From: Calcarisporiella thermophila CBS 279.70 | Lineage: Eukaryota; Fungi; Calcarisporiellomycota | Assembly: GCF_041956535.1 (NCBI RefSeq) | Contig: NW_027192197.1 | Span: 73,829-137,828, forward strand | Reading direction: 5' to 3' | DNA: 64,000 nt | Shown: positions 53,126-64,000 of the stretch, piece by piece | How positions within the stretch are numbered: the first letter of the stretch is position 1 | Layout of the letters: each line of letters begins with the position of its first letter | Translations under genes and position numbers: made by a program | The notes under the pieces: generated by a model | Told to the model about the DNA's origin: nothing | Database searches by the model: none | What the model saw: the letters and a program-made list of their open reading frames with translations, nothing else

Positions 53126-53717
53126 TTAGTTCGAGGGGTATGTTCCCTTGATGTTTATCCATCCACACTGCTCCACATCTGATTCTCTGCTTTTCTCTCT
53201 TCTATTCTTCTTTTTTCTCTTAGCACGCTTTTCCCTCCACTGAAATCTCACTCTAATATTTTCGATTCCGTCCTCTACGGTTGGCAAAAACATTGGTATT
53301 GTAATAGTGGTGGTAGCCTCTTTGAATGTGCAATCTGGTAGCTCGACTGTATTTAATTCCTGCTGATCTTCATCAGCGTTCTCCACTACGATGGTACAAT
53401 CGCCCTCAAGGCCATCATATGCACGATATTGAATCCACAGAGGGTTGCCAGAAACAGGAAGTGGGAGAGTCGAAGTAGGATTTTGGTCGTATGGATCATC
53501 GGTACAATCAGTAAATGGGACATATGGATTGTTACTTAGGCGGTCGTAGAAAGAAACCCGTGGTTGCTAGTAATTACGTGATAAATTTGAGAGGGAAAAT
53601 ATTATAAAAAAATGCAATAATTGAAGTTACCTCCTCGTGCTCTTCCGCTGAATCTTCTTGTGCCCAAATCACGAGAGGTAATATCAAAAGAGTAATTGAA
53701 AATAAGAGCCTTTTCAT
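53126..53717 (-). CDS. Small secreted hypothetical protein (~175 aa, 4 Cys, 2 exons)
   Basis: Signal-peptide-like MKRLLFSITLLILPLVIWA-QED; intron GTAACT...CTAG (~53568-53630); exon 2 is open to the stop at 53126. Confidence 0.75.
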
Positions 53718-53911
53718 TATATAAAAGGAATGGAATGAAGATTTTGATGATGTGACTCGAGAAGAGTGGAGAAAAGACGTGTTAAGTTTGTATTAATTTT
53801 TTAAATCCCGACAATGCACGGTCGTGCAATTAAACCTTTCAATCCGAAAAACCCGTGACGCGTTTATCCACTTAGTGCCTAGGACGAATACACGGTACAC
53901 TCAATGGAATT

Positions 53912-54512
53912 ATGAAGTCGAAACATGACAATGAGGAGTCCGAGTATGAGGAAGAGGTTAGCTTATTCCAAATAATCTGAGATGAAGTTGTACACTGACT
54001 AAATTCTTCGCGACTCTCTTAGACAACCTATGTTGTCTTAGATTTAGGGAAAGATGCAGATCCAGAGCTCTTACGAAACAGTGATTCATATTCACTTATT
54101 GTAAGTTGTCAATCGATTCCACATCCTATTCCTCATCTGATGATTTCTCCTTTTTTCTGTGCTTTGAACATTACAGGGTATAGATACTCCAACACCTTAT
54201 TTTCAAATCGGACCCTATACCTACAAGGGCCATTTTGATGAGGTCTTGGGAACAGAGCTTCTGTTTGAACCTCGAGACACAGGTGGTGTTGGTGAGTAGC
54301 TAAAACATAGTTATTTATCCCCTTTCTCAGAATTGAACCTGAGCTAACATTGTTTCCCAGATACATTAGGAGAAAATGCATCCAATGCAAATAAGTCGGC
54401 CCATTACATTGGACATACTACCAAAAAGATCATGTTTAGCAAGGTTGAGCTTCAGCCACTTAGCAAGACCACAGAAGTCCAGAAAATGGAAGTAGAGGAA
54501 AAGAAGCAGTAG
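53912..54512 (+). CDS. Transcription factor TFIIIC triple-barrel subunit (TFIIIC_sub6/GTF3C6-like), 4 exons; missed by the ORF track
   Basis: EESEYEEE|TTYVVLDLG...YSLI|GIDTPTPYFQIGPYTYKGHFDEVLGTELLFE...YIGHTTKKIMF. Confidence 0.85.
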
Positions 54513-54761
54513 ATACAATGAAATCCAGAGAATAGCATTTGATTTTTTGGTCAGACTTTGTACTCTTAATAGAAAATAACCATAATCCAGTTTTTAATCG
54601 ATTGATTTTTTTGAGCATTTGTGAATCCCCAAAAGATAAAACATATAGAGAACATTGAATATGGAGAGAGAAAGGCAATCTACCTCGAGTAAGGTGGTTG
54701 GGGGTGGGGAAGGGGAAATTGAAAACTAAAAATAAGACTAAAAATTACATTGATTTTTCAT

Positions 54762-57613
54762 TTACTTTGCGAAATGATAATCCCAAGAATCAAGCCATTT
54801 GCGTTTCAACACCTCATCAACTTCCAATCCCTGGGTTCCATACGTCATTGGGGCAAACCACACAAACGACGAGAGTTGGAACAAGACCAGCAGCACCGCC
54901 GCCACCAAGCCATACCATGGTACCCTGTTTAACATCCGGCGTTTGAAAGGCGTGTTTGGGCTGTGGTCGGAAGCCGGCACATTGACCCCATCTGTGAACA
55001 CGAAATTGAACACTGAAGCCAGAACCATGTAGCTATAAATGAGTGCGGGCAAATAGTGGTGGAGAAAGAGCGACCGCCCCATCAAAAAGAATGGGAAATA
55101 GTGTGCTGCCCATCCGACGAATAAGAAGCCTGCGCTCCTATAGAGTCGCCTGCACACATTCGGCTCGATAAACTCAATCCCCCTTCTCCTTCCAAGCACA
55201 TCTGCCGAGACTATTCCCGCGAACACTGCCAATCCTCCCACTGCAATCCACCACCCAAATGGATTTCCGAGGAGATAGATCTGTTTACGCGAGTTATTTT
55301 CAGTCCAAAAGCTGATACCACGTAGGAGGAATGGCCAAGTAATAGGGGCAGACTGATATGGATGAGGGCTGGTAAGACGAGCATTGTGTGAGATCATAAG
55401 CTGTTGCAGCTCAAGGAATTTGCGATAAAATGGAATTCGCCGAAGAGTCTTTTTCTTGGCCATGTTGATTTCCGTAGCTATCTCGATAATTTTGGTGAGC
55501 AATGGAAAAGAACGCTATGACTTATGCAAAAAAAAGAATATGCTCACCATTTTTCCCAACTATTTCATCCACAGTCCAATAGTTCGTCTTATCGGCGATG
55601 TTTTTATTGCCGTTCACTTCCTGCTGCTTGAACCCCCATTCTGGTAAAGGCATTGCGTGTGTCCACACAGCCACACGTGTTTCCATATGAATCAATCGGA
55701 ATTGGCTGGCCGCAGACCGTAGGGCAGTGCCGTCATCAGCGCCATCGATCAAGACTTGGAACAGTGTCTGGTTGTAGCGTGCCACATCTGATGGGGGAGT
55801 GGTCGTGATTTCCTGGTTGGTCGGCATCAGAGGCGAAGCAACATCATGTGTGAGAAGGAAGGAGCCGGTGTAAATATGCTGGAGACGAACGATATCACCA
55901 TGCTTTACGATACGGTTTGTGTCAATTTTAGGTTTCTTTTCTGCCTGATCTTCTTTAGCTTCTGTAGTTGTCTCGGCTGTAGCTTCCTCGTTAGAGGTGT
56001 GCTCCGACTCTCCTTCGGTCTCAAAGTCAGTCCCCTTCTCTTCGCCTTCATCCTCTACATCTTCAGGTTCAAAAGGCTCTGCTGGCCATATGCGCCAATA
56101 ATTGTTCGGGTCGTGATGCGTATATCCAGTGACCTGTTGCCCTTGGCTGCTGATGCGACCATCCTCATACCGCAAAGGATAGCGGTCAAGGTGCGAATGC
56201 AAGAATACCTTTGTATCCTTGTGTTGGATTGTGATATTGTCTCCATAGTGCACCTCCAGGGAATTCATTATGAGCGGATTACCAGCAAGTGTCTCCTGAA
56301 ATTCGGAGCTCATGAAGGCGTCACCTGGTCCGCTGAGTGTGAGGATGGAGAAATGTACATAGAACCAGAATACGTATACAAATATAGGCACAATGATAAG
56401 CCCAATGGTGCGAGCGAAGAAATGTCTTCCGAATTGACGCTATATAAAATGGGGACACCCGTTAAAATCAGATGCAAGCAAATGGAAATTCCACTCTCTA
56501 CCATTGATAGTCCTCGTCGATAATCCAAGAGATTCCATAGATCGACGATGACTGCAATACCCATGGTAATAAAGGTGAAGAGACCGACCATTTTGATACT
56601 TTGAAGCGTGTTAGATCCAAATGAAAAGAAGTAAACACCTCCTAAAGCCATATTTACCTTAAGGTCAAAGAAAGTGTGACACCAGTTGCAACCATCCATG
56701 TCCACCATTCTGTGGTAAACTCTCTATCAATATGAAAATCATTAACGAGCTGCGTTTCAACCTATTCCATATTAACGCGTTACCGATGCCGTAGCTTGTA
56801 GAAGCGCACATAGCAATAGGTTGCGCACAGTGCAAAGAACATCAGCATGCTATCTAATAAAATCAACCTAGTTTGCGTAACAAGTGCATTGTCCAACATC
56901 ACAAAAATCGCGGCGAGACACGATGTCAAAAGCGGATAGCCACTTTCTCGCATTATCAAAAAGACCAGTGAAACTGCTAGGGCGCCAAGTGTGGCGGGGA
57001 GAGATCTCAAAGCAATATATGGCACATTGTTGGCGACATAGTCGTCGCCGATATTTTCGAATTTGAATTCCCCATCGAACCCAGCAACATAGCCCATGGC
57101 AGCAAGCATGAGCTTTGCCAGGGGAGGATGCACATCAAAGAAATAAGTGCGCTGTAAATAGTAGCTAGCGAATTTTCCAAAGTGAACCTCGTCGAATCTA
57201 AAATAGTCAGTCGAGGGCTCAGTGAATAGTGAGCGTATGGGAATTCGAATTGGCTACTAACACAACTTGAGATGGTTGATCGATGCGGTAAAAACGGGTT
57301 ATGATTGCCAAGAAGGTAACCAAAATAAAAGCGATACTATTAGGAGAAAATATGATTCGCTTTATATCGTCAACAGTATATTTCCCCGCCCTCTGATATA
57401 CCACATAGTTCGAAGCCAGATGAACATGAATATGAAAAAAAAAATAAATACATGTATATTCGAAGAGCAGTAGATTAAAGAATTTACCTTTCTAAATTTG
57501 TCGACCTTGTGCTTCTGTGCATATTGACCACCTTTCTCCATTGAGACATCCTCCTTGAACTCGTCACGTTGGCCCCCAGTATGTCTTTGCCGTATATTGG
57601 TCTCGAAAGACAT
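54762..57613 (-). CDS. PMT4: Dolichyl-phosphate-mannose:protein O-mannosyltransferase, PMT4 subfamily
   Basis: VV|FDEVHFGKFASYYLQRTYFFDVHPPLAKL; MIR domains (LHSHLDRYPLRYEDGRISSQGQQVTGY; LPEWGFKQQEVNG); HYFPFFLMGRSLFLHHYLPA. Confidence 0.95.
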
Positions 57614-57977
57614 TTTCGGAACACGTCTTTGAGGATGCAAGAAAGTGGGATATTGGTTAGCCTACGATCGGCCCATCTGAATGACTCATAAAAAGCAGAC
57701 CCTTACCCTCTCTTTTAATTTTGATAGTGATAGTGAACTAGACGCGTGTTAAAAGGCTCTAAAAGGAATGGAAGTGAGTGAAAAATATCCGCGAGCAAGA
57801 AAACTATTAATTCCCCTAACCTAGATCGGCATAGGGAACATGAACTACGCCATATTAAGTGCACCGATTCTAAATCCGTAAAAAGACCATAAAGAGTACT
57901 GATATTCTTTCCCCTTACTTTCTCCCAAAAGTGTCAGCTATTCTAGCAACAAGCACGGGACTATTTCTCTCCTGATT

Positions 57978-58608
57978 ATGTCGAGTCAAAGCTCTCAAAT
58001 GAGCCTCAATGCCGAGCGTCAGAATATTGTTGATGATATTCTGAAGCTATACCAGCTCGAACCAACTCATGAGCGTTTTCGACATTACGCCGCCGACGCG
58101 GTCTTCGAGGATCCAATTGCGCACGCCGTTGGCATAGGTTCCGTTAAAGCCCAATTTTTTGGAATGCCAAAAGGTACATAAATGGAACCAGATAGAGAAC
58201 GAGTTGGCCGACTAAGATCGAACTAATTAACTCCATTCCACTCTAGTTTTCAACAAATCGGTAACCGAAAACTATTCCATAACTAAGAATGAACCCGATG
58301 AGATCAATATTGATCTTAACCAGCGTTACACGTTTGCTATCATCAACAAAGAAAAGCTGCTTAACTCCCTTGTTGTTCTGAAATTTAATGACGAAGGAAA
58401 GATCATACTTCACCAGGATCTTTGGGATAAGAAGCCCTTAAACAAGGAAGGAATCCTTGGATCCTTCGGAGACGTAATATACTATATCCTTAAATGTATC
58501 GTAGAGCATGATCTAACTGTGATATTGTATTAGATGGTGAGAAAGGTATCGGCTAAGGTTTTGAAATGGACCATCTCAATCCCGAAGGAGGGGGAGGAAA
58601 AGAAATGA
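57978..58608 (+). CDS. NTF2/SnoaL-like small protein (3 exons)
   Basis: YAADAVFEDPI...VKAQFFGMPK|VF...LNSLVVLKFNDEGKIILHQDLWD. Confidence 0.82.
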
Positions 58609-59233
58609 TACCACAATCTTTTCTTCAATCTTGCTCGAGCATCTTATGCCCAATTTTATTTTCTTTTCATGCGTTGCATTGCGTTCCATCTTAGATATTT
58701 TTTGCAAATTAATTCATCTCTCTACAACTACCTTTTATCTCCATATACATATTCAGTACACGCTATGTAGCTTTAGTGGAACCCCAACCCTCTAAGCTTT
58801 ACAATTACCTTTACTGTGGAAACTCTATAATATGTAAAAGTAGTCTATCCTGAACATGCAATTACATATTCAACAACACTCTCTTCACGGATCCCAAACA
58901 AGCAGAATTGAAACGAACTTCAGTACACTTTCCTGAACATTCGATGCTCTCTAGTCGAAGCGCCAACATCGACTTATAGACATTTTTTTTCTTCAAACTC
59001 TAAAGATAATCTCGATCAATGAAGCATATTTACATAGGAGTTTTTCCTTTCTTAGTTGCCCACTCATCGCTCCCCTTGCAAATCGAATATATTGCGACAA
59101 TCTTTGATATATACAATTTTTCCCTAAATAGAAAGTTGAAGCTGCCTGTAAGGGACTGCTAAATTATTGTCTGCTAAGCCACCATCATATATTATATTGA
59201 ATACTTTTGAGTCTATGCAATTAGACCAGGAAA

Positions 59234-61837
59234 ATGTCTTCGCGAGCTGTTCGCCGTGCGTTAAAGCGTGATGAAATCGGAATCGGTGCTGTAGAAGGGC
59301 ACGAAGATGGAGTTGAAAGTGAAGAAGAGGAGGATAAATCTCCTCCCAAAATGAATTTTTTTGGTTTGGTAATGATAGGAAACCACAATCCAAAATCAAT
59401 GATATTCCAACATTAAATTGTTGAATCGGTATAGCTTGATGTCGAATCTGAAGATGAGAAATCAGAACTGGTAGAAGAAGAGACCGAGATCGACCATCAT
59501 TCTTCAGAAACTGGAGTTCAAAAAGTAAGATCATTTTTGATTTTTTCGTTCTCTATCTCGGCTCATATGCTCTCGTAATGAAGGAAATCGATGAACCTCC
59601 AGCGGTTACAAAGAAGAAGAAAAAGAAAAATAAGAAAGGGGCCAAATCGGTTAACAAAGATGACAGCCAACAGAAACTTGGTAGCGGAAAGGCAAAAGGA
59701 AAGTCAAAAGGCCAATCCCAAACAGACATAGCCGATATGAGTATAGAAGCACTAGAAAATGCTATCAATGAAATGAAAACCAAGTTCGTTTGGATATTCG
59801 ACCCCGTTAGCTGCCTGATAGCTAAATAATTGTCTATAACCAATAGGTTGGACACAGCGGATGATATCAACGTGCAAAGAGACGACGCTGATTCTAATCG
59901 AGTAGCAAACGCAAAGCTAAGGAGCTTACTCTCCTGTAAGGAACGCAAATTTGATGCTAGCCTGGAAATGAAGCAACTATTTGGGCGGCAAATTGTACGT
60001 GATATAAAATGGCTTATGGCTAAACTAGAGGTGTTAATTGAATCTGTTCCTAATATTTTCAGGTGGAAACAGAGGAAAGACGTGGGTTACATCAAAAGTA
60101 AGCGAGACATGCCATGCGTTTCCTTTAAGAAAGACTAAATAATTGAGCTCTGGCTTTATTTAGAATCCTAAAGCGAAAAAGCATCTTCGCTAGACCTCGA
60201 GACACTTGGCCACAAATGGATCCTAATATTGGGTTGGGAATGGAAGCCATCCCATTAGAAGACGGTGAGTTCTCCTTGAGTTACCTCCCACCCCTCCCCT
60301 TCAATTACCTCTTACTTTCGTTTTTGTGGGCGTTCTTCACTTAGGCCAATTCCATCTATTTGCTTTCACTCACTCCCCTAAGTATCAGTCTCTCCAACAA
60401 CAATTTCTCTCCTGCATCGCAACCCATGATCCGAATCTTCTTGTTTCGTTTATGCAGCTCGCAGGAGGCGAAGCTCACGTCGATGCATTACTCGCCATCA
60501 GTGACGTGTACAAGATGAGTGGAGATTGGAATGCGGCAGGAGATTTTCTTGAACGGGCACTCTTCGTTATGGAGCGAGCGTTGCACCCTAGGTTCTCCGT
60601 CTCGAACGGAAATGTACAAATGAACTATTCCTGGCGTGAAAATCGGTAAGGGCCATTGCTATTTATCCTAGCAAGTCCTGCCACTGAACTCTTGCTTACT
60701 TTTTATAACTGAAGGGCATTTTTCCTTGCTATCAATCGGCATATCCAGTACCTCTCGCGCCGAGGCTGCTGGCGTACAGCTTTCGAATTTACAAAGCTGC
60801 TTCTTAGCCTCGACCCGTCGAACGACCCTCTTGGTGCATTGCTTTCCATTGATTTTCATGCGATTAAAGCCCGCGAATTTACATTTCTCCTCGACCTTGC
60901 TCAAGCTCCGTGGCCAGGCCTTCCTCACGAGCTGAATGTCCTTCCCAATTTTGCCTATAGCACTGCCCTTGCCCAGTTCCATCTGGAAAAACAAGGTGCA
61001 CACGAGGAGAGTGGTCGCCTGTTGCGGAGGGCAATCAGAATGTACCCAGAAATCGTGGGCGGGCTTTTTGAAAAATGCTTGGTTGGTGTTGAGACCGAGA
61101 TGGTAGAGGTGCTCGCATTGACATCAGGGGAGCCGAGCCAAATGATCGATCTCCTCATTGCACTCTACATCGAACGCAACTTCGCTCTCTGGAAAGAGCC
61201 CGAGGTCATATCGTGGTTGAAAGAAAATTTGTTGGCGGTACGCTCGAGCCTAGAGACTCAGGATGATGATTTCCTTGCCTTGCGGGTTGAACGTTCGGAG
61301 AAGTTTCCAGCCTCTATGCCCATCCCTCTGAACACTTCCCGACACGTTATTCTTGCTGAGCATCAACCTTTGATTCAACACTTATCTCCACACATTCTCC
61401 AGCAAACTATCCACGCGTATGATCCACTTCCGCCCCCTGACTCGGAGGGTGGCTACGACCCCCAGCCCGACTCCATCAATCTCTCCGGGCTAGGGAATCA
61501 ACTCCTCAATTGGGCCCGGCGTCAGATGGCGGGACAGAATCGTGGTGATCGAGCTGCCAATATTCCACCTCAGCAACTAAGAGAGTTTGCAGAAGAAATA
61601 CAGGCCGTATTTGGAAGAGGAGAGGAGGTAATGCCTGGAGAATGGCCGGAAGAAGTGGTGGCAGAAATGGCTGGTGAAGCTATGGGGGATGAAACTACCT
61701 TTTTACAGCGTTTGAGTGGGCTACTGCGTCGGATGATAAGCCCGAGCGAGGAAGAGCAGGACGAGGTAACTAATGAAGGCCACGAGAATGAAGAAAGGGA
61801 AGCGAATGATGGGAATGTGAGGAGGGTAGAAGAGTAA
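59234..61837 (+). CDS. RQC1: TCF25/Rqc1 ribosome quality control protein, multi-exon
   Basis: MSSRAVRRAL start; EMKQLFG; FAFTHSPKYQSLQQQF; HVDALL; FLERALF; ENR|AFFLAINRHI..L.RRGCWRTAFEFTKLLLSLDP..DPLG; PNFAYSTALA. Confidence 0.92.
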
Positions 61838-62098
61838 CTCAATTAGAGGACAATATAATTTTTACATATATATATTTCCCTTTGTATTACTTCGAGATAC
61901 TCTATTTTTTTCCTTCTTTTCCGATCATTGAAAATCCTATTCAAGGGTCGGAAGACCTCGGATGGGCCTGGTGGCCAAAATTATCGAAGCCACTGGAGTT
62001 TATTAATCATCCATGAAATGAGACTTTTGAACTCAAGGTTTTAACGGTTTTAACTTTACACTTCCAGCTAAATAGACATTCTGCTATTTAAATGTGCA

Positions 62099-63435
62099 AT
62101 GTCACAGCGGAATGACTATGTTCTGCTTTTACGCTCGACTGCGGCCACACCTTCAAGGGAAATGGGTTTGCCACTCTTGTCGATAAACAAATGGCACAGT
62201 TCACTCTCACTTCAAGTAGGCCCCTATCATTCTCCTTATATTACTAATTACTGGAGCATTCCTTACAATGTTATGATACACAGGGACATTTAATAGACTC
62301 CAATTGGTCAACTGTCCATGCTACTTCTAGCGGATTGATTTCGATGATAAATTGTAACGTGCCCTCCACTTTTTTTCGCCTCCTTATTGCTTCAGACCGC
62401 GCCAATGCGAAAGCGGTAGTTGCGTATTCGACACAAAGAGAAAAATGCAAGCTGCCTATTGAAGAGAAGAAAATCATGACACCGGTATTTACTGTGGTAG
62501 GGGATGAATGGAGATCCCGTGTCGGTAGAGACTTTCCATTCCGAACATATGGCATTATTACGCCCGCGCAAAGCGATGAGCTCGTCATCCAAGCATTCTC
62601 AACCCATCCTGCCAAGACTAGACGGGACATCCTGGCGTCACTTAGTCCGTCCACGACCCAGACCAATGCCTCTTATTCATACAATAACGAAGGTGGCCCC
62701 ACAAGCATTGGGGAAGATGGCAAATTCAACGCATTTTATATTATAGGGATTTTTGGGATAGCCGTGTTACTATTTGTGGTCATTTTCTGCTGGACACGTG
62801 ATTTTATTTACTGCGCAAGGAGAAGGGAGAGGCAGGAGGGGGAAAATGAGAGCAGAGAAAACGAGAGGAGAGAAAGCATAGTTGTAATGCACTTGGTAAA
62901 AGTTGGAAAAAGGCCACTTACTCTGAAAGAATTGGCGCGGATCCCGATCGTGCGGATACGAGATGAGCCTAAAGAGCAAACAGTTGAGAAGAAAGAGGCA
63001 GTGGTGGTGATTGAGAAGAAGGAGGAGGAGGAGGAGAGGGAGGAGGAACGGAATGAAAAGGAAGGGGCAGATACAGAGAAAAGTGGCCAAGAGAATAGTA
63101 TGAATAATGCCTCGACAACCAACCGGATGGATCACGAAGCCAGTGTCGAAGTAGCCAGCATAGATCGAGGATCACTTTGGAACGATGCCTGCTCGATCTG
63201 TTTGAACGAATTTGGGGCTAACACTCTTATTCGTTTATTACCCTGCCGACATGGATTTCACAGGTAGCGTTGCATCTTAAACTAATGATTATTTAGGAAT
63301 CAAAATGTTAAGCAGTAGATCTCTCTTTTTGCGGGTAGTGAATGTGTTGATAGCTGGCTCTTAGAAGAGGACGCTTTATGTCCTGTATGTAAGCAAGAAT
63401 GTCATCCGGATATAAATCAGGTGGATACCGTCTGA
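62099..63435 (+). CDS. Single-pass membrane RING-H2 E3 ligase (PA-like lumenal region, TM, RING-H2); 5' end uncertain
   Basis: TM FYIIGIFGIAVLLFVVIFCW; CSICLNEF...IRLLPCRHGFH|ECVDSWL....LCPVCK. Confidence 0.88.
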
Positions 63436-63786
63436 CAGACCCATAAACCTGTACCTTCTACCTGGAACTTGGCCCCTCGGTGTTCATACCTCTAACCTAT
63501 TTCTATTGCATGCTCTTTGGAGGGATTTGTTTGTCTATGTAGCCGTGTAAATACCATCCTGCAAGTTGGTTTAGTATTTGAGTTATTTTACATCTAGTAA
63601 TAAGTTTTAAAGAGCGAGTGGTTGCATAGGAAGAAAACCTGGCAAATTTTTCTTTTGTGTTGAATCTCGCTTCCAAAGCATAATTTTGATGCTGTACTTG
63701 TGTAAATACAGATTATTTTATTGAATCCCATATAATTGCATATGAATTACATAGATTTTATTACAAAGAGGTGGGTGGATTTGGGT

Positions 63787-64000
63787 TTATTGGATGTGGA
63801 TGTGTTTGGCACCTTGGGCCTCGTCCTTCTCAAAGACGATCGTGAGGACCCCACCTTCAAATGTAGCCTTGGCCTCCTCGATCTTTAAATGGGGCGGGAG
63901 CCTGAAGCTTCTTTCGAAAATACCATGTCTCCTCTCCGTTACAATGTGGTTCACGCCCTCGGTTTCGTTAAATTGTGTATGATCACCTCTGATCGTGAGC
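63787..64000 (-). CDS. Small heat shock protein (Hsp20/alpha-crystallin), 3' part; runs off the window
   Basis: LTIRG...TERRHGIFERSFRLP....EEAKATFEGGVLTIVFEK...KHIHIQ*. Confidence 0.9.
   Translation of the reverse strand, partial: LTIRGDHTQFNETEGVNHIVTERRHGIFERSFRLPPHLKIEEAKATFEGGVLTIVFEKDEAQGAKHIHIQ

Overview
Gene-dense, intron-rich eukaryotic DNA that reads as an early-diverging fungus (Mucoromycota/Zoopagomycota-like; inferred from short introns, an SMN gene, an HSPA12-like Hsp70 and Rho1 'FPEFYVPT'). About 24 protein genes can be supported. In order: Rax1-like RGS protein, Rho1, Sulfotransfer_4-type protein, Gyp5/EVI5-type RabGAP, DOCK GEF, Tom1/HUWE1-type HECT ligase, SMN, AP beta-adaptin, a PY-motif membrane protein, MsrA, Hva1-Tudor protein, HSPA12-like Hsp70, Tao3/Furry, a mitochondrial carrier, Ecdysoneless/SGT1, uL24m, Sds3-like protein, Mog1, a small secreted protein, TFIIIC sub6, PMT4, an NTF2/SnoaL-like protein, TCF25/Rqc1, a TM-RING-H2 protein and a partial Hsp20. 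Degraded Tc1-like relics lie in the first 1.5 kb. No tRNA, rRNA or CRISPR was recognised. The most striking observation is that the Tom1/HUWE1 gene encodes only the C-terminal ~1,600 aa (acidic linker, UBM repeats, HECT) from its own ATG, with no N-terminal armadillo half anywhere upstream in the window. This suggests a natural gene fission. Exon boundaries were read by eye and may be off by a few bases.
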